From NCBI GenBank assembly GCA_937868545.1, contig CALMMX010000231.1:1233-65232 (forward strand): a stretch of 64,000 bases of DNA, read 5' to 3'. The notes below the pieces were generated by a model. The model saw nothing but the letters and a program-made list of their open reading frames with translations. It did not search any database and had not been told where the DNA came from. A program made the position numbers and the translations under genes. The stretch is from an uncultured Bacteroidota bacterium (GTDB taxonomy: Bacteria > Bacteroidota > Bacteroidia > B-17B0 > Aurantibacillaceae). Numbering within the stretch: position 1 is the stretch's first letter; each line of letters starts with the position of its first letter. Positions 1-10,717 of the stretch are shown here, one piece after another.

Positions 1-663
1 TTCACCATTAATGTCTGGATACTGAATTATTGAACCAAAAAACGAATTATCTAATTTTGTTGTATTTACATTTCCTATAACTACTTCAATTCCAACTGGG
101 TTAGAGCGTGTTTTAATTACATCAATCACTTGCGGGAAACAAGTTTCACTTACAAATAATTTGTTTGCGTTATCTTTTTGTTGTTCGCGTGTACGATTGT
201 TATGAAACATAAAAACAGCTTCTGCAGCTGCAGTAGCCTCATCTAACAAACTAGCATTTGCTAAAGGCATAGCTGTTAAATCCATAACCATAGTTTGGAA
301 ATTTAAAATTGCCTCTAAACGACCTTGAGCAATTTCTGCTTGATAAGGTGTGTAAGCAGTATACCAACCTGGATTTTCTAAAATATTACGCTGAATAACA
401 GGTGGTAAAATAGTATTATAGTAACCTAAACCTATATAACTACGAAATACTTTATTTTTCTTACCCAAAGCACGCAAATGTTTGTGGTATTGAAACTCAC
501 TCATTGCAGCACCTACTTTTAAAGGTTCTTTTAATCTAATTGCCTTTGGCACTGTTTGATTAATTAATTCTTCAACACTAGAAACACCAATTTTTTTAAG
601 CATTTCTTTTACTTCGTTTTCACGAGGACCATTGTGGCGGGTAACAAATGTATCTGTTGTCAT
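1..663 (-). CDS. gcvP: glycine dehydrogenase (decarboxylating), N-terminal part; gene runs off the window
   Basis: My translation of the minus strand from ATG at 661-663 gives MTTDTFVTRHNGPRENEVKEML...GWYTAYTPYQAEIAQGRLEAILNFQTMV..., a typical GcvP N-terminus. The frame is open to position 1. This ORF is not in the supplied track. Confidence 0.9.
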   Translation of the reverse strand, partial: MTTDTFVTRHNGPRENEVKEMLKKIGVSSVEELINQTVPKAIRLKEPLKVGAAMSEFQYHKHLRALGKKNKVFRSYIGLGYYNTILPPVIQRNILENPGWYTAYTPYQAEIAQGRLEAILNFQTMVMDLTAMPLANASLLDEATAAAEAVFMFHNNRTREQQKDNANKLFVSETCFPQVIDVIKTRSNPVGIEVVIGNVNTTKLDNSFFGSIIQYPDINGE

Positions 664-751
664 TTTTTAGGATTTAAGTGCACAAATTTAAGAAAATGAG
701 TGTGATAATATTTTTTTATTTTAAACAGCTGTTTATAACGTTTTGTTTAGT

Positions 752-793
752 CCTTAAAATAAAAAATCACACATTCCAAAAGAATGTGTGATT
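752..793 (-). terminator. Rho-independent terminator downstream of the RRM protein gene
   Basis: 12-bp perfect stem AATCACACATTC/GAATGTGTGATT (765-776/782-793) with a 5-nt loop. It is followed on the minus strand by a T-run (A-run 752-764 on plus). Confidence 0.7.
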
Positions 794-816
794 CAAAATC
801 TATATTTAGAATAAAA

Positions 817-1071
817 TTAAGCGTTTTCGGGTTTTCCTTTTGCTTGAGATACTACAATAGCTCTTTCATAATGTTCAGAACCGTTTAAAGCATCTATAGC
901 TTTTTGAGCATCCTCATCATTTGCCATTTCAACAAATCCAAAACCCTTACTTCTACGGGTTTCTTTATCTTTAATTATACGTGCAGAAGTCACTTCTCCA
1001 AACTGAGAAAAAAGTTCAGTAAGAGCATCCTCTCTCACCTTAAAGCTAATGTTGCTAACAAAAATATTCAT
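817..1071 (-). CDS. RRM-type RNA-binding protein
   Basis: 84 aa with RNP2-like IFVSNI and RNP1-like KGFGFVEM motifs. Confidence 0.9.
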   Translation of the reverse strand: MNIFVSNISFKVREDALTELFSQFGEVTSARIIKDKETRRSKGFGFVEMANDEDAQKAIDALNGSEHYERAIVVSQAKGKPENA

Positions 1072-1212
1072 AACAAAAATGATTTAAAAAGTTAATTATA
1101 GTAAAATTAATTAAAAAAAATTAATATCCAAACTTTTTAACCGTTTTTTTGCCTCCAAAATGTTATACACCATAAAAATTCTACAGTTAATGTGCAAAAT
1201 TAGCACTTTAAT

Positions 1213-1593
1213 CTAAAACACTTTTGCTTCTACACTAATTTCTACATTAGCGTCTTTAGGCAATCTATCTGCTTGAATGGTAGCTCTAGCAGGGAAATCG
1301 GTTTTAAAATAACTGCTATAAACTTCATTTACATGAACAAAATTATTCATGTCAGATAAAAATATAGTAGTTTTTACAATATTATCGTAAGTTAATCCAG
1401 CCGCTTTAAGCACTTCGCCCAAATAATCCATTACAATTTTTGTTTCCTCCTTAATTGGGGCTTTTATCAACTGCTTTGAACCCAAATCCATAGCAATTGT
1501 ACCAGATACATAAACGCAATCTCCTACTTGCACCGCTTGGTTATATGGCCCTATTGGAGCAGGGGCATTAGGTGTATTAATGATTTTTTTCAT
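1213..1593 (-). CDS. ridA: RidA/YjgF family reactive-intermediate deaminase
   Basis: 126 aa; APAPIGPYNQAV..., ...RATIQADRLPKDANVEI, typical YjgF/L-PSP family layout. Confidence 0.9.
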   Translation of the reverse strand: MKKIINTPNAPAPIGPYNQAVQVGDCVYVSGTIAMDLGSKQLIKAPIKEETKIVMDYLGEVLKAAGLTYDNIVKTTIFLSDMNNFVHVNEVYSSYFKTDFPARATIQADRLPKDANVEISVEAKVF

Positions 1594-1730
1594 GTTTATA
1601 TTAATTAGTTAGTGTGGCAAAATTAACAAAAAAACGCTCAATTTAACGATAGGAGAATTCAACAAAGCGTTTTTCGTAACAATCTTAAAAAAATAAGTCT
1701 TAAAGCATAAAAAAATATAGCTTTACCAAA

Positions 1731-2501
1731 ATGCAACAGAAACCTTTAATTTTAGTTACAAACGACGATGGCGTAAATGCTGGCGGAATATTACATTTAT
1801 CAAACATAGCTTCAAAATTTGGCGATGTTTATGTAATAGCCCCAGATAAACCCCAATCGGGAATGGGACATGCCATTACCATAAATGCTACCATACGTTT
1901 ACACAAAACTCATTACCATAAAAACGCCGTTATGGAATACAGCTGCTCTGGCACTCCTGTAGATTGTGTAAAAATGGCTGTAAATAAACTATTACCTCGT
2001 AAACCCGATTTAGTGGTTTCTGGTATTAACCACGGGAGTAATAGTTCAATAAATGTCATTTATTCGGGAACTATGAGTGCTGCCATTGAAGGTTCATTAG
2101 AAGGTAGATCGGCAATAGGATTTAGTTTATGCGATTTTGACCATGAAGCAGATTTTAGTGGGACTACTGAATATATTGAAAAAATTATTTCATCCGTTTT
2201 AAAAGAAAAATTACCAAACGGAGTTTGCCTTAATGTAAATTTTCCAAAACTAAAAGCTAATGAAATAAAAGGCTTAAAAGTGTGTCGCCAAGCAAAAGCA
2301 AACTGGGTTGAAGAGTTTGACGAACGCCATGACCCACATGGAAGACCATATTATTGGTTGACTGGGAAATTTGTAAATTTTGAACCTGAAGCCCAAGATA
2401 CTGACGAATGGCTATTAAGTAATGGTTATGTAACCGTTGTTCCAACTATGCATGATTTAACGGCACATAACTACATTAATCATTTAAAAAACGTATTATA
2501 A
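1731..2501 (+). CDS. surE: 5'/3'-nucleotidase SurE
   Basis: N-terminal ILVTNDDG and GINHGSN, YSGTMSAA motifs. Confidence 0.9.
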   Translation: MQQKPLILVTNDDGVNAGGILHLSNIASKFGDVYVIAPDKPQSGMGHAITINATIRLHKTHYHKNAVMEYSCSGTPVDCVKMAVNKLLPRKPDLVVSGINHGSNSSINVIYSGTMSAAIEGSLEGRSAIGFSLCDFDHEADFSGTTEYIEKIISSVLKEKLPNGVCLNVNFPKLKANEIKGLKVCRQAKANWVEEFDERHDPHGRPYYWLTGKFVNFEPEAQDTDEWLLSNGYVTVVPTMHDLTAHNYINHLKNVL

Positions 2502-2502
2502 T

Positions 2503-2796
2503 ATGTTAGATAAAATTGATAAAATATGGATTGGATTATTAACTGGGTTATTTATTCCATTCCTCTGTTTTTTTTGTTACTGGCTTTTTCTGCACAATCA
2601 ATTAAACTTTCCAGCCGGATTAATACGCTATTTAAGAGGTGGGAATATGTTACAAGAAATTTCGATGTTATGTGTTTTGGTAAACTTAGTGGTTTTTTAT
2701 TTGCTATTAAACAAAAAAGCATACGATATCAGTAAAGGTATAATGTATGCAACTTTTGCTTATGTTGGATTAATTTTATACATATCATTATTGTAA
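2503..2796 (+). CDS. small integral membrane protein, function unknown
   Basis: 97 aa with three hydrophobic spans, tightly packed between surE and lpxB. The alternative-frame ORF 2526-2735 is less plausible. Confidence 0.5.
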   Translation: MLDKIDKIWIGLLTGLFIPFLCFFCYWLFLHNQLNFPAGLIRYLRGGNMLQEISMLCVLVNLVVFYLLLNKKAYDISKGIMYATFAYVGLILYISLL

Positions 2797-2797
2797 C

Positions 2798-3928
2798 ATG
2801 AAGTATTACGTCATTGCAGGAGAACCATCAGGAGATTTACATGCTTCAAACTTAATGAAAGAGTTATTAGTTATAGATAACACTATTCAATTCCAATTTT
2901 GGGGTGGAGATTTAATGGAACAAGTAGCACATGTAAAACCTCGTAAGCACATTAAAGATTTAGCTTTTATGGGGTTTGTAGAAGTTGCAAAAAACATAAG
3001 AACCATTTTTAAAAATATTGCATTCTGCAAACAAGATATTTTAGAGTATAAACCAGATGTTTTATTACTTGTAGATTATCCTGGATTTAATTTAAGAATT
3101 GCCGATTGGGCAAAACAACAGGGAATACGAGTAATTTATTACATATCTCCAACCATTTGGGCTTGGAAAGAAAACAGAGTAGAAATTGTAAAACGCAGTG
3201 TAGAAAAAATGTTTGTTATTCTACCATTTGAAGTAGCAGTATACAAAAAACATAATTATAACGCAGATTATGCAGGCCATCCCCTACTCGATGCCATTGA
3301 ACAAGAAAAACATAAATTACCTACTAAAGAAGAATTTATAAAGCAAAACAATTTAGCTACTAAACCAATTATTGCCGTATTACCAGGAAGTAGAAAGCAA
3401 GAAATTGAGCGCATGTTTACAATAATGCTTGATGTGGTAAATGATTTTAAAGATTATCAATTTGTAATTGCAGGCACAAACAATTTACCTAAAGAGGCTT
3501 ATAAAATTGCTGAAGATATGGGTTTAAAAGTTGTGTTTAACCAAACCTATGCATTGATGAATGCCGCCCATGCTGGAATCATTAAATCGGGTACATCAAC
3601 TTTAGAAAGTGCCTTATTTAGATTGCCACAAGTGGTATGCTATAAAGGCGGAACTGTATCCTATTCAATTGCAAGAATGGTTGTAGGCAATAGAGTTAAA
3701 TACATTTCTTTACCGAACTTAATTTTAGATAAACCAGTTGTAAAAGAACTCATTCAATCAGACTTAACAGCTTCTAATTTAAAGGATGAATTAAAATTAA
3801 TACTCAATGGTCCAGTAAGAGAGCAAATGCTCGAAGAATATGATGGTTTAATAAAACTACTTGGAAACAGTGGTGCTTCAAAAAAAGTTGCCGAACTTAT
3901 GTACGCTCACTTAAATGCTAAAAAATAG
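2798..3928 (+). CDS. lpxB: lipid-A-disaccharide synthase
   Basis: 376 aa; N-terminal IAGEPSGDLHASNLM and LPGSRKQEI motifs typical of LpxB. Confidence 0.9.
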   Translation: MKYYVIAGEPSGDLHASNLMKELLVIDNTIQFQFWGGDLMEQVAHVKPRKHIKDLAFMGFVEVAKNIRTIFKNIAFCKQDILEYKPDVLLLVDYPGFNLRIADWAKQQGIRVIYYISPTIWAWKENRVEIVKRSVEKMFVILPFEVAVYKKHNYNADYAGHPLLDAIEQEKHKLPTKEEFIKQNNLATKPIIAVLPGSRKQEIERMFTIMLDVVNDFKDYQFVIAGTNNLPKEAYKIAEDMGLKVVFNQTYALMNAAHAGIIKSGTSTLESALFRLPQVVCYKGGTVSYSIARMVVGNRVKYISLPNLILDKPVVKELIQSDLTASNLKDELKLILNGPVREQMLEEYDGLIKLLGNSGASKKVAELMYAHLNAKK

Positions 3929-5114
3929 TTTTATAGTCATATTAATACTTGTGTGTTTTTCTAATTGGAAAAAAACAGAAAAAGCCTCAAGCCTTAAATA
4001 CATTTCTAATAACGAAATTTTATACATTAAAATATTTTCCCAATTAAAAGTACAATCATTTACTTTTAGTTCAGAAACCGGTAGTTACCTCATATTTGCA
4101 AATGGCGTTGAAATATTAAACACAACAAAATTTCCACTCATTAAATTTTCTTATTCAAACGATTCTATTGAAGTTAAAACGTTTGAAAATGTTATTGGTA
4201 AATACAAAAAAATAAAAATTGCTAGTCCTGATGATGTAAAGTCTTTTAGGTTGAAATTAATTTCTCCCGACAGAAAACCACGCTTTTACCAAAATAATTT
4301 AATCCTTGAAACCGAAGCAGGCTCTTTAAAATGCATTAATGAAATTGAACTCGATAATTATATTGGAGGAGTTGTTCAAGCTGAATCTGGCAGAAGATCA
4401 TTTCAAGAATTTTATAAAGTACAAGCAATTTTAGCACGTACCTTTGCACTATCGCATTTACAAAAACACGTTGCAGAAGGGTTTAGCTTATGCGACCATA
4501 CGCACTGCCAAGCATATTTTGGAAAAACTACCGAATTAGATATTATGAAAGCAGTATCTGAAACAAAAGATAAAGTTGTTGTAGATGATAATTTAAATTT
4601 AATTGAAGCGGCATTTCATAGTAACAGTGGCGGACAAACAGCCAATTCGGAAGATGTTTGGGGCAGTAAACTATCTTATTTAAGAAGTGTAAACGATACA
4701 TTTAGCACTAAAATGCCTAATGCAAGATGGGAAAGAAAAATGTCGAAAGACGATTGGTTATCTTATTTAAAACTTAAACACAACTATCCAATACAAGATA
4801 GCAACGCACGATGGACTGCTATTACATTTAAACAAGAAGCCAGAAAATCATATTTAGAATCAAATAATATTAAAGTTCCACTTAAAAATGTGAGAACCGA
4901 TTTGCAATTAAAATCAACCTTCTTTAGTATTTATCCTGTGGGTGATTCTTTGATATTTAAAGGGAAAGGATTTGGCCATGGAGTTGGTATGTGCCAAGAA
5001 GGCGCTATGAGAATGGCTAAACTAGGGTATAAATATCCAGATGTAATAAATTTTTACTACCAAAAAACACTCTTAATTGATTTACATAAACTCAATTTTT
5101 TTAAGGACGAATAA
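3915..5114 (+). CDS. SpoIID/LytB domain-containing protein
   Basis: Signal-like N-terminus, ELDNYIGGVVQAESG, QAILARTFAL, HSNSGGQT and GHGVGMCQEGA motifs. Overlaps lpxB by 14 nt. Confidence 0.8.
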   Translation: MLKNSFIVILILVCFSNWKKTEKASSLKYISNNEILYIKIFSQLKVQSFTFSSETGSYLIFANGVEILNTTKFPLIKFSYSNDSIEVKTFENVIGKYKKIKIASPDDVKSFRLKLISPDRKPRFYQNNLILETEAGSLKCINEIELDNYIGGVVQAESGRRSFQEFYKVQAILARTFALSHLQKHVAEGFSLCDHTHCQAYFGKTTELDIMKAVSETKDKVVVDDNLNLIEAAFHSNSGGQTANSEDVWGSKLSYLRSVNDTFSTKMPNARWERKMSKDDWLSYLKLKHNYPIQDSNARWTAITFKQEARKSYLESNNIKVPLKNVRTDLQLKSTFFSIYPVGDSLIFKGKGFGHGVGMCQEGAMRMAKLGYKYPDVINFYYQKTLLIDLHKLNFFKDE

Positions 5115-5218
5115 TTGAATGAGTTTATTAAAGATTAGAAACTTCATTAAAAAGGCATTTTAACAACTTTTTAATAGAGTAATAAAACCATCCCACTAAA
5201 ATTTTGTATTTTTGAATA

Positions 5219-5617
5219 ATGAAACACTTATTAAGTATTTACATATTATTTTTTTGCTCAAGTTTTTTCGCTCAAGAAAACCCAAATTCTAATGCTATTC
5301 AAACCTCATTAAAAATTAGAGCGCTACAAGAAAAAAAATCTGAATTTCACAGACGTAGTAATGGAGAAACGGATGGCTACAGAATTAAAATTCATTTTAG
5401 TGCTGATAAATCTAAAGCCAGAGAAGTACAAGCGAGATTTACTTCGAAATATGCAGGTATTAAAACATATGAAGAATACCAACAACCAAACTTTGTAATT
5501 AATATTGGAGATTTTAAAACTAAACTTGAAGCTTTTGAAACTTTAAAAAAAATACAAGCAGATTTTCCTTATGCCTTTATTGTAAAAAGTAAAGTACGTC
5601 CTATGCAATTACCTTAA
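5219..5617 (+). CDS. SPOR domain-containing secreted protein
   Basis: Signal peptide followed by a GYRIKIHF...NFVINIGDFKTKLEA...PYAFIV pattern, resembling a SPOR domain. Confidence 0.65.
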   Translation: MKHLLSIYILFFCSSFFAQENPNSNAIQTSLKIRALQEKKSEFHRRSNGETDGYRIKIHFSADKSKAREVQARFTSKYAGIKTYEEYQQPNFVINIGDFKTKLEAFETLKKIQADFPYAFIVKSKVRPMQLP

Positions 5618-5624
5618 ACCCAAA

Positions 5625-6545
5625 TTATTTAAGGGGAGTCATATCAATTTCAATTAATCTTTCTTCTTGTCTATGAGGCGGTAGTCCTTGCTTTAAAAAC
5701 ATAAGTTGACCAATAGGTCCTGCAATAAATGTTTCAATACCTTTACCTAAAGTAAATTCAGAGCTTCTTCTAATTATACAAATATTGCGCAAAAGCGGGT
5801 AATCAAAAGTTGCAATATTTGATTGGTCGGGCATGTAAGCAGTTTGATTGTCACTTTTTGAAACTGCCAAAATTTTAACCGTTTTTAAAAATTCTTTTGT
5901 GTTTAAATCATCCTTATCGCTAAACCATGCATAATCACAAACTCCAATAGACAAAGTGGTTTCAGAAATTGCTTTTACCAATTGGGGCGTAGTTTCTGAT
6001 GCCGAGCAATTTTTTCCAAAAGATACATTTAATCCTAATAAAGAGTCCTTTAACTGACGAGCACTGCCCGAATTTTGATTATCAAAAATCACTTTAATAT
6101 GCTTATTTTTTACATATAAACTATCGTTACCTGATAATAATGCTTTTAGCTTTTCTAAACTAATTAATGAATCGGGGAAATTTTTATTTACAATAATAGC
6201 TATAGCATCTTGAGCTACAACTGAAGTATTTACTGAAATATTCTTTTGCTTGAACTTATCTAATTCTTCTTTACTTAGTGTTCTAGATATTGCAATTACT
6301 TTTGCACTATCATTAAACAAAGCCTCAACAGCCAATTTTTCGTTGGTGCATTTTAAAGTAATATCAGCATACGTGTATGTTGTTTTAAAAGTATTTATTT
6401 GATTATTAATATGTAATGTAATGCCTTCATCATAGAACAAACTAATTTTACCCGTAGTAGGGGAATCTTTTTTTGTGATATCATCATTAAATCCGCATGA
6501 TACCATAACAAATGCTAAAGCAAAAAATAAAAGTGTTGTTTTCAT
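5625..6545 (-). CDS. PstS-like periplasmic substrate-binding lipoprotein (PBP fold)
   Basis: Lipoprotein signal (..MVSCG) and overall resemblance to the Bacteroidota PhoT/PstS-like binding-protein family. No adjacent permease or ATPase gene. Confidence 0.55.
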   Translation of the reverse strand: MKTTLLFFALAFVMVSCGFNDDITKKDSPTTGKISLFYDEGITLHINNQINTFKTTYTYADITLKCTNEKLAVEALFNDSAKVIAISRTLSKEELDKFKQKNISVNTSVVAQDAIAIIVNKNFPDSLISLEKLKALLSGNDSLYVKNKHIKVIFDNQNSGSARQLKDSLLGLNVSFGKNCSASETTPQLVKAISETTLSIGVCDYAWFSDKDDLNTKEFLKTVKILAVSKSDNQTAYMPDQSNIATFDYPLLRNICIIRRSSEFTLGKGIETFIAGPIGQLMFLKQGLPPHRQEERLIEIDMTPLK

Positions 6546-6553
6546 TAATAATA

Positions 6554-7774
6554 TTATTTTAAAACCTGTTGAACAATATTTTCAAATCTTAGTTTAAACT
6601 TCTCATATTCTGCGCCAGTTGCTGGGCCAGAAAATCCAGTATAAATTACTTTTACATGATGATTCTTATCTAAGATTAAAGTTGTTGGAAATGCGCTTAT
6701 TTTATTCAAAAATGGCAAACTAAGCGATGCATTTTCTTTACCCGAAGTACCAGGAACTAAAATTTCATACGTTAAATTAAATCTCTTTTTTAAACGTAAT
6801 AAGTTGGAACTTGCTTTTGAAATATCAGTAGTTCTTTCAAATGAAATAGCAATCAATTCAAGCCCCTTTTTATTATACGTTTTATATAATTCTGATAAAT
6901 AAGCAGTTTCATCAAGACAATTTGGACACCAGCTTCCCATAATTTGAATAATTACAGGTTTGTTTTTATACTTGGCATCTGAAAGAGAAACTTTTTTCTT
7001 ACTAAGATTTAAAAATGAAAACTCAATAATTGAATTTGGATTAACCAAGCTTGTAAGTTGCTCTGGGTCGGTTAAATTAAAACCTTCATTTCTCTTTCCT
7101 ATCCAGGTTTCATGCCAATGATTTCCAGAATAAAAACTACCATTACTAATTTCAGATCCATTATTTTCAGCAATAAATAAAAATGCATGAGAACCATCAA
7201 AACAACTTAAATACATTTTCCTATCATGTATAACACCTTCTAAATATCTATAATCTCCAGTTTCGGTTAAAAACGTGCCCTTTACATACGAACTATTATT
7301 TATTTGTGTAAACACGCCAATTGCCTTAGTGCTATCCTTTACATTTGGGCTAAACGTAACTTCCCACTTTCCATTATAAAACAAATTTGGTTTATCAGGA
7401 ACTAAATTAAATCTATTATAATTGCCGAAATAACCAGTAAATTTAATTTGAGGATGATCCTTTCTTGAGTGATTTATCCAAACACCTTGCAATAAAGTAT
7501 CACCAATTATTTTGGTTCTAAATTCCGAATCAAAAACTGGCATTTTAAAATTAAGTGAATCCTTCTTTATTGCTACTTCGTCCACTACTATTACTTCATC
7601 AGCATTTTTTATTTTTATAATCTTTTTTGATTTGCCATTTTCAATCTCAAAAGTAAATGGCAATTCAAGGTGTTGAGCTTCATCAATTAACAATACCCCT
7701 CGCCACGTGCCACTTTTTACTTGGGCATGAATTTGCAAACTTATCAGAAAAAATAAAATTGCTACTTTCTTCAT
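6554..7774 (-). CDS. TlpA-family thiol:disulfide oxidoreductase with N-terminal extra domain
   Basis: C-terminal thioredoxin fold with a WCPNC active site, plus a signal peptide. Confidence 0.8.
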   Translation of the reverse strand: MKKVAILFFLISLQIHAQVKSGTWRGVLLIDEAQHLELPFTFEIENGKSKKIIKIKNADEVIVVDEVAIKKDSLNFKMPVFDSEFRTKIIGDTLLQGVWINHSRKDHPQIKFTGYFGNYNRFNLVPDKPNLFYNGKWEVTFSPNVKDSTKAIGVFTQINNSSYVKGTFLTETGDYRYLEGVIHDRKMYLSCFDGSHAFLFIAENNGSEISNGSFYSGNHWHETWIGKRNEGFNLTDPEQLTSLVNPNSIIEFSFLNLSKKKVSLSDAKYKNKPVIIQIMGSWCPNCLDETAYLSELYKTYNKKGLELIAISFERTTDISKASSNLLRLKKRFNLTYEILVPGTSGKENASLSLPFLNKISAFPTTLILDKNHHVKVIYTGFSGPATGAEYEKFKLRFENIVQQVLK

Positions 7775-10713
7775 CGTAATTGAATTTCATCAATAAATAT
7801 AAATGCATCACCGCCTCTTCCTTGATGCCAATTTGGAAGTTTTCCGAAATTAATAGCTTTTACCTTCACATACCGTGCTTTGGTTTTTATTGGGGCAGTA
7901 TTTCCAAAGAAACGTACAGCTACATTTTGATCTTCAGGCAATATGCTATTTTTAATTTTAGAAAACTCTTTATAAGTAATGCCATCTTCCGACACAAAAA
8001 CTTCTACTTGTGTTGGAAATAGTATCCATGATCTTGAATCCTGCAAATAACTTGAAGATACAAATTCAAATTCTTTTAATTCCATTAAATCTATTATGCA
8101 CTCGAAATCCTGACTTTGATATCCTTGCCACTCTCCACTTCGCCATTTTTCATTTCCAAAAACTCCATCAATTAAGCCATTTTTTCCACCAGCAGTATAT
8201 TGTTTATTAAAACTGCAATTCAAAGTAACACTCCAATTGTTTGGCTTTTTATGCACAAATGCATTTGCATATGAACTTGATTTAGCACCTTCAATTACTT
8301 TTGCTTTTAGTGTTGTACTTTTGTTAATAGTAATTGGGTTTGTATATTTCTTGTAAACAGAAGAATTTGAGGCATCATTAATTAAATAAACAATTTTAGA
8401 TTTATTTGAAAAGCCATACATAGATATTGTGGCAATGCTATCAAAACTAAAGTTTGGAGATTCAATAATTGGAGCAGGAATAATTAAATTATTTGTAATG
8501 GAAGTAAACGGCCTATTTGCTTTTTGTTTTCCGAAACTAGTAAGCGAATCTACTTTTGTAGACATTACAAAATCCAATTTACAACCATTTGAAATTAATT
8601 GATGACTAATACTGTTTTTTAAACTTTTCTTTTTATTAAGCATTACATACTTAATACTTTGTAATGATTGATTAGAATTTACTTTTTTAATAACTACTTT
8701 TTTTCCATTTTCTAAATTCACTATAACTTGGTCAAACAAAGGTGCAGTAAATGTATATTCTGGTTTACCAGGACATACCTGATAAATTCCCATTGCACTC
8801 ATTACATACCAAGCACTCATTTGTCCGCAATCTTCATTGCCTATTAAGCCATCAGGTGAATTTTTATAAAATTCATTTAAAATTTTATACGTCTTTTGTT
8901 GAGTTTTAAAACTCTTACCTACGTAATTGTATAGATATGCCATATGGTGACTTGGCTCATTTCCATGCGCATATTGTCCAATTAATCCAGTAACATCAGC
9001 TTGTTCTCTACCACTTGTTTTTTCTTTGGTATTAAACAATACATCCAACTGCTTTTCAAATTTTTTATCACCACCCATACTTGTAATTAACCAATTTAAA
9101 TCTTGGGGAACAAAAAACGAATATTGCCAACTATTACCTTCTGTATAATGATTATTAATTTCGGTAGGATTAAATGGAGATAACCAATTTCCATTTTTAC
9201 GGGGACGCATAAAACCTGTAGATTTATCAAATACGTTTTTAAAGCCTTGTGCCCTTTGCGAATACAAAACAAAATCTTTTTGTTTATTTAATTTCTTTGC
9301 CATTTGGGCAATGCACCAATTATCATACGAATACTCTAACGTTTTTGAAACACTTTCAGATTCATCATCAATTTGTAAATAATTATTTTCGTTAAAAGTT
9401 GGGATTCCTAAATTTGAATAATTTGATGCAGATTTCATTGCGCTATATATACCAAGCGTATCAATACCTCTAATTTTTTTCAAATAAGCATCTGTAATTA
9501 CAGACACACTATGAAACCCAATCATGCAATTAGTTTCATTTGATGACAATTCCCACATTGGTAATCGTTTTGATAAACGGTATTGATCCATAAATGAATT
9601 GACAAAATCTGCTGTTCTTTTTTGTTCTATAATTGTAAATAAAGGATGCAAGGCTCTAAAAGTATCCCATAATGAAAAAATAGTGTATGGAACAAATCCT
9701 TTTGCTTGATGTACTTTATTATCTCTCCCTCTATAATTACCATCCACATCGCCAGCTAATGATGGGTGAATCATTGTATGATATAATGCAGTATAAAACA
9801 CGGTTGATTTAGAGGTATCAATGGTTTTAATCTCTATTTTGGAGAGTTGCTTTTTCCAAGCATTTTCTGCATTAGATTTATAGGTTTCAAAATTCCAATG
9901 TGGTGCTTCTGCTTCCAAGTTTTTAATGGCGCCTTCTACACTAGTTTGTGAAATTCCAACCTTTACCATTACTACCGAATCTTTTTCCAAATTAAATTGA
10001 AAATATCCCGACTCACTAATCTCATTAATTTTAGTTTGTGGCAATGTTGCGGCTTCTGTAACAACCTTAACGGCATGTTTATAAAAAGGCTTATTAAACT
10101 TAATTACGAAATACACATGTTGCTCTTCGGCCCAAGCCTTACTTATACGTTTACCAACTATTGTTAAACTATCTACAACTTTTATTTCTCCATTTAAAAG
10201 TTCATCTCTATGCATTAAATCTAAAACTAAGTTCCCTTTATTAACTTTAGTATAGGTATAACGGTGCACCCCTACTCGCTCTGTTGTAGTTAATTCAACA
10301 TTAATGTGTCCATTATTTAATAGAACATTATAATAACCAGCATGAGCAAATTCATTTTTATGTGAAAACTCAGATGCGTAATCTTTATTATTTAAACTAG
10401 GATCTCCTATAGTTGGCATTAATAATATATCACCATAATCACTTACTCCTGTTCCACTTAAATGCGTGTGTGAAAAACCATAAATAATTGAATCTGAATA
10501 ATGATAGCCACTACAACCTTCCCAGCTTCCGTCAATTCTGGTATCTGGACTTAATTGTACCATCCCAAATGGCATAGTTGCTCCTGGGAATGTATGTCCT
10601 GTGCCACCTGTACCAATAAAAGGATTTACTAATTCAGCATAGTTTACAGTTTGCGAATACCCAATTAAAGATGTACAAAAAGTTAGAATTATAAATTTAC
10701 TAATTTTAAACAT
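7771..10713 (-). CDS. GH92 family alpha-mannosidase with C-terminal carbohydrate-binding/discoidin-like domains
   Basis: VNPFIGTGGTGHTFPGATMPFGMVQLSPDT, GFSHTHLSGTG and QYAHGNEPSHHMAYLY are GH92 hallmarks. The start is placed at MFKISKF (signal peptide) rather than the track start 10767. Confidence 0.85.
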   Translation of the reverse strand: MFKISKFIILTFCTSLIGYSQTVNYAELVNPFIGTGGTGHTFPGATMPFGMVQLSPDTRIDGSWEGCSGYHYSDSIIYGFSHTHLSGTGVSDYGDILLMPTIGDPSLNNKDYASEFSHKNEFAHAGYYNVLLNNGHINVELTTTERVGVHRYTYTKVNKGNLVLDLMHRDELLNGEIKVVDSLTIVGKRISKAWAEEQHVYFVIKFNKPFYKHAVKVVTEAATLPQTKINEISESGYFQFNLEKDSVVMVKVGISQTSVEGAIKNLEAEAPHWNFETYKSNAENAWKKQLSKIEIKTIDTSKSTVFYTALYHTMIHPSLAGDVDGNYRGRDNKVHQAKGFVPYTIFSLWDTFRALHPLFTIIEQKRTADFVNSFMDQYRLSKRLPMWELSSNETNCMIGFHSVSVITDAYLKKIRGIDTLGIYSAMKSASNYSNLGIPTFNENNYLQIDDESESVSKTLEYSYDNWCIAQMAKKLNKQKDFVLYSQRAQGFKNVFDKSTGFMRPRKNGNWLSPFNPTEINNHYTEGNSWQYSFFVPQDLNWLITSMGGDKKFEKQLDVLFNTKEKTSGREQADVTGLIGQYAHGNEPSHHMAYLYNYVGKSFKTQQKTYKILNEFYKNSPDGLIGNEDCGQMSAWYVMSAMGIYQVCPGKPEYTFTAPLFDQVIVNLENGKKVVIKKVNSNQSLQSIKYVMLNKKKSLKNSISHQLISNGCKLDFVMSTKVDSLTSFGKQKANRPFTSITNNLIIPAPIIESPNFSFDSIATISMYGFSNKSKIVYLINDASNSSVYKKYTNPITINKSTTLKAKVIEGAKSSSYANAFVHKKPNNWSVTLNCSFNKQYTAGGKNGLIDGVFGNEKWRSGEWQGYQSQDFECIIDLMELKEFEFVSSSYLQDSRSWILFPTQVEVFVSEDGITYKEFSKIKNSILPEDQNVAVRFFGNTAPIKTKARYVKVKAINFGKLPNWHQGRGGDAFIFIDEIQLR

Positions 10714-10717
10714 TGTA

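Noticed and set aside
664-765. Possible glycine riboswitch in the gcvP leader.
   Set aside because: The leader is short and almost pure A/T. I see none of the conserved G/C-rich glycine-aptamer core.
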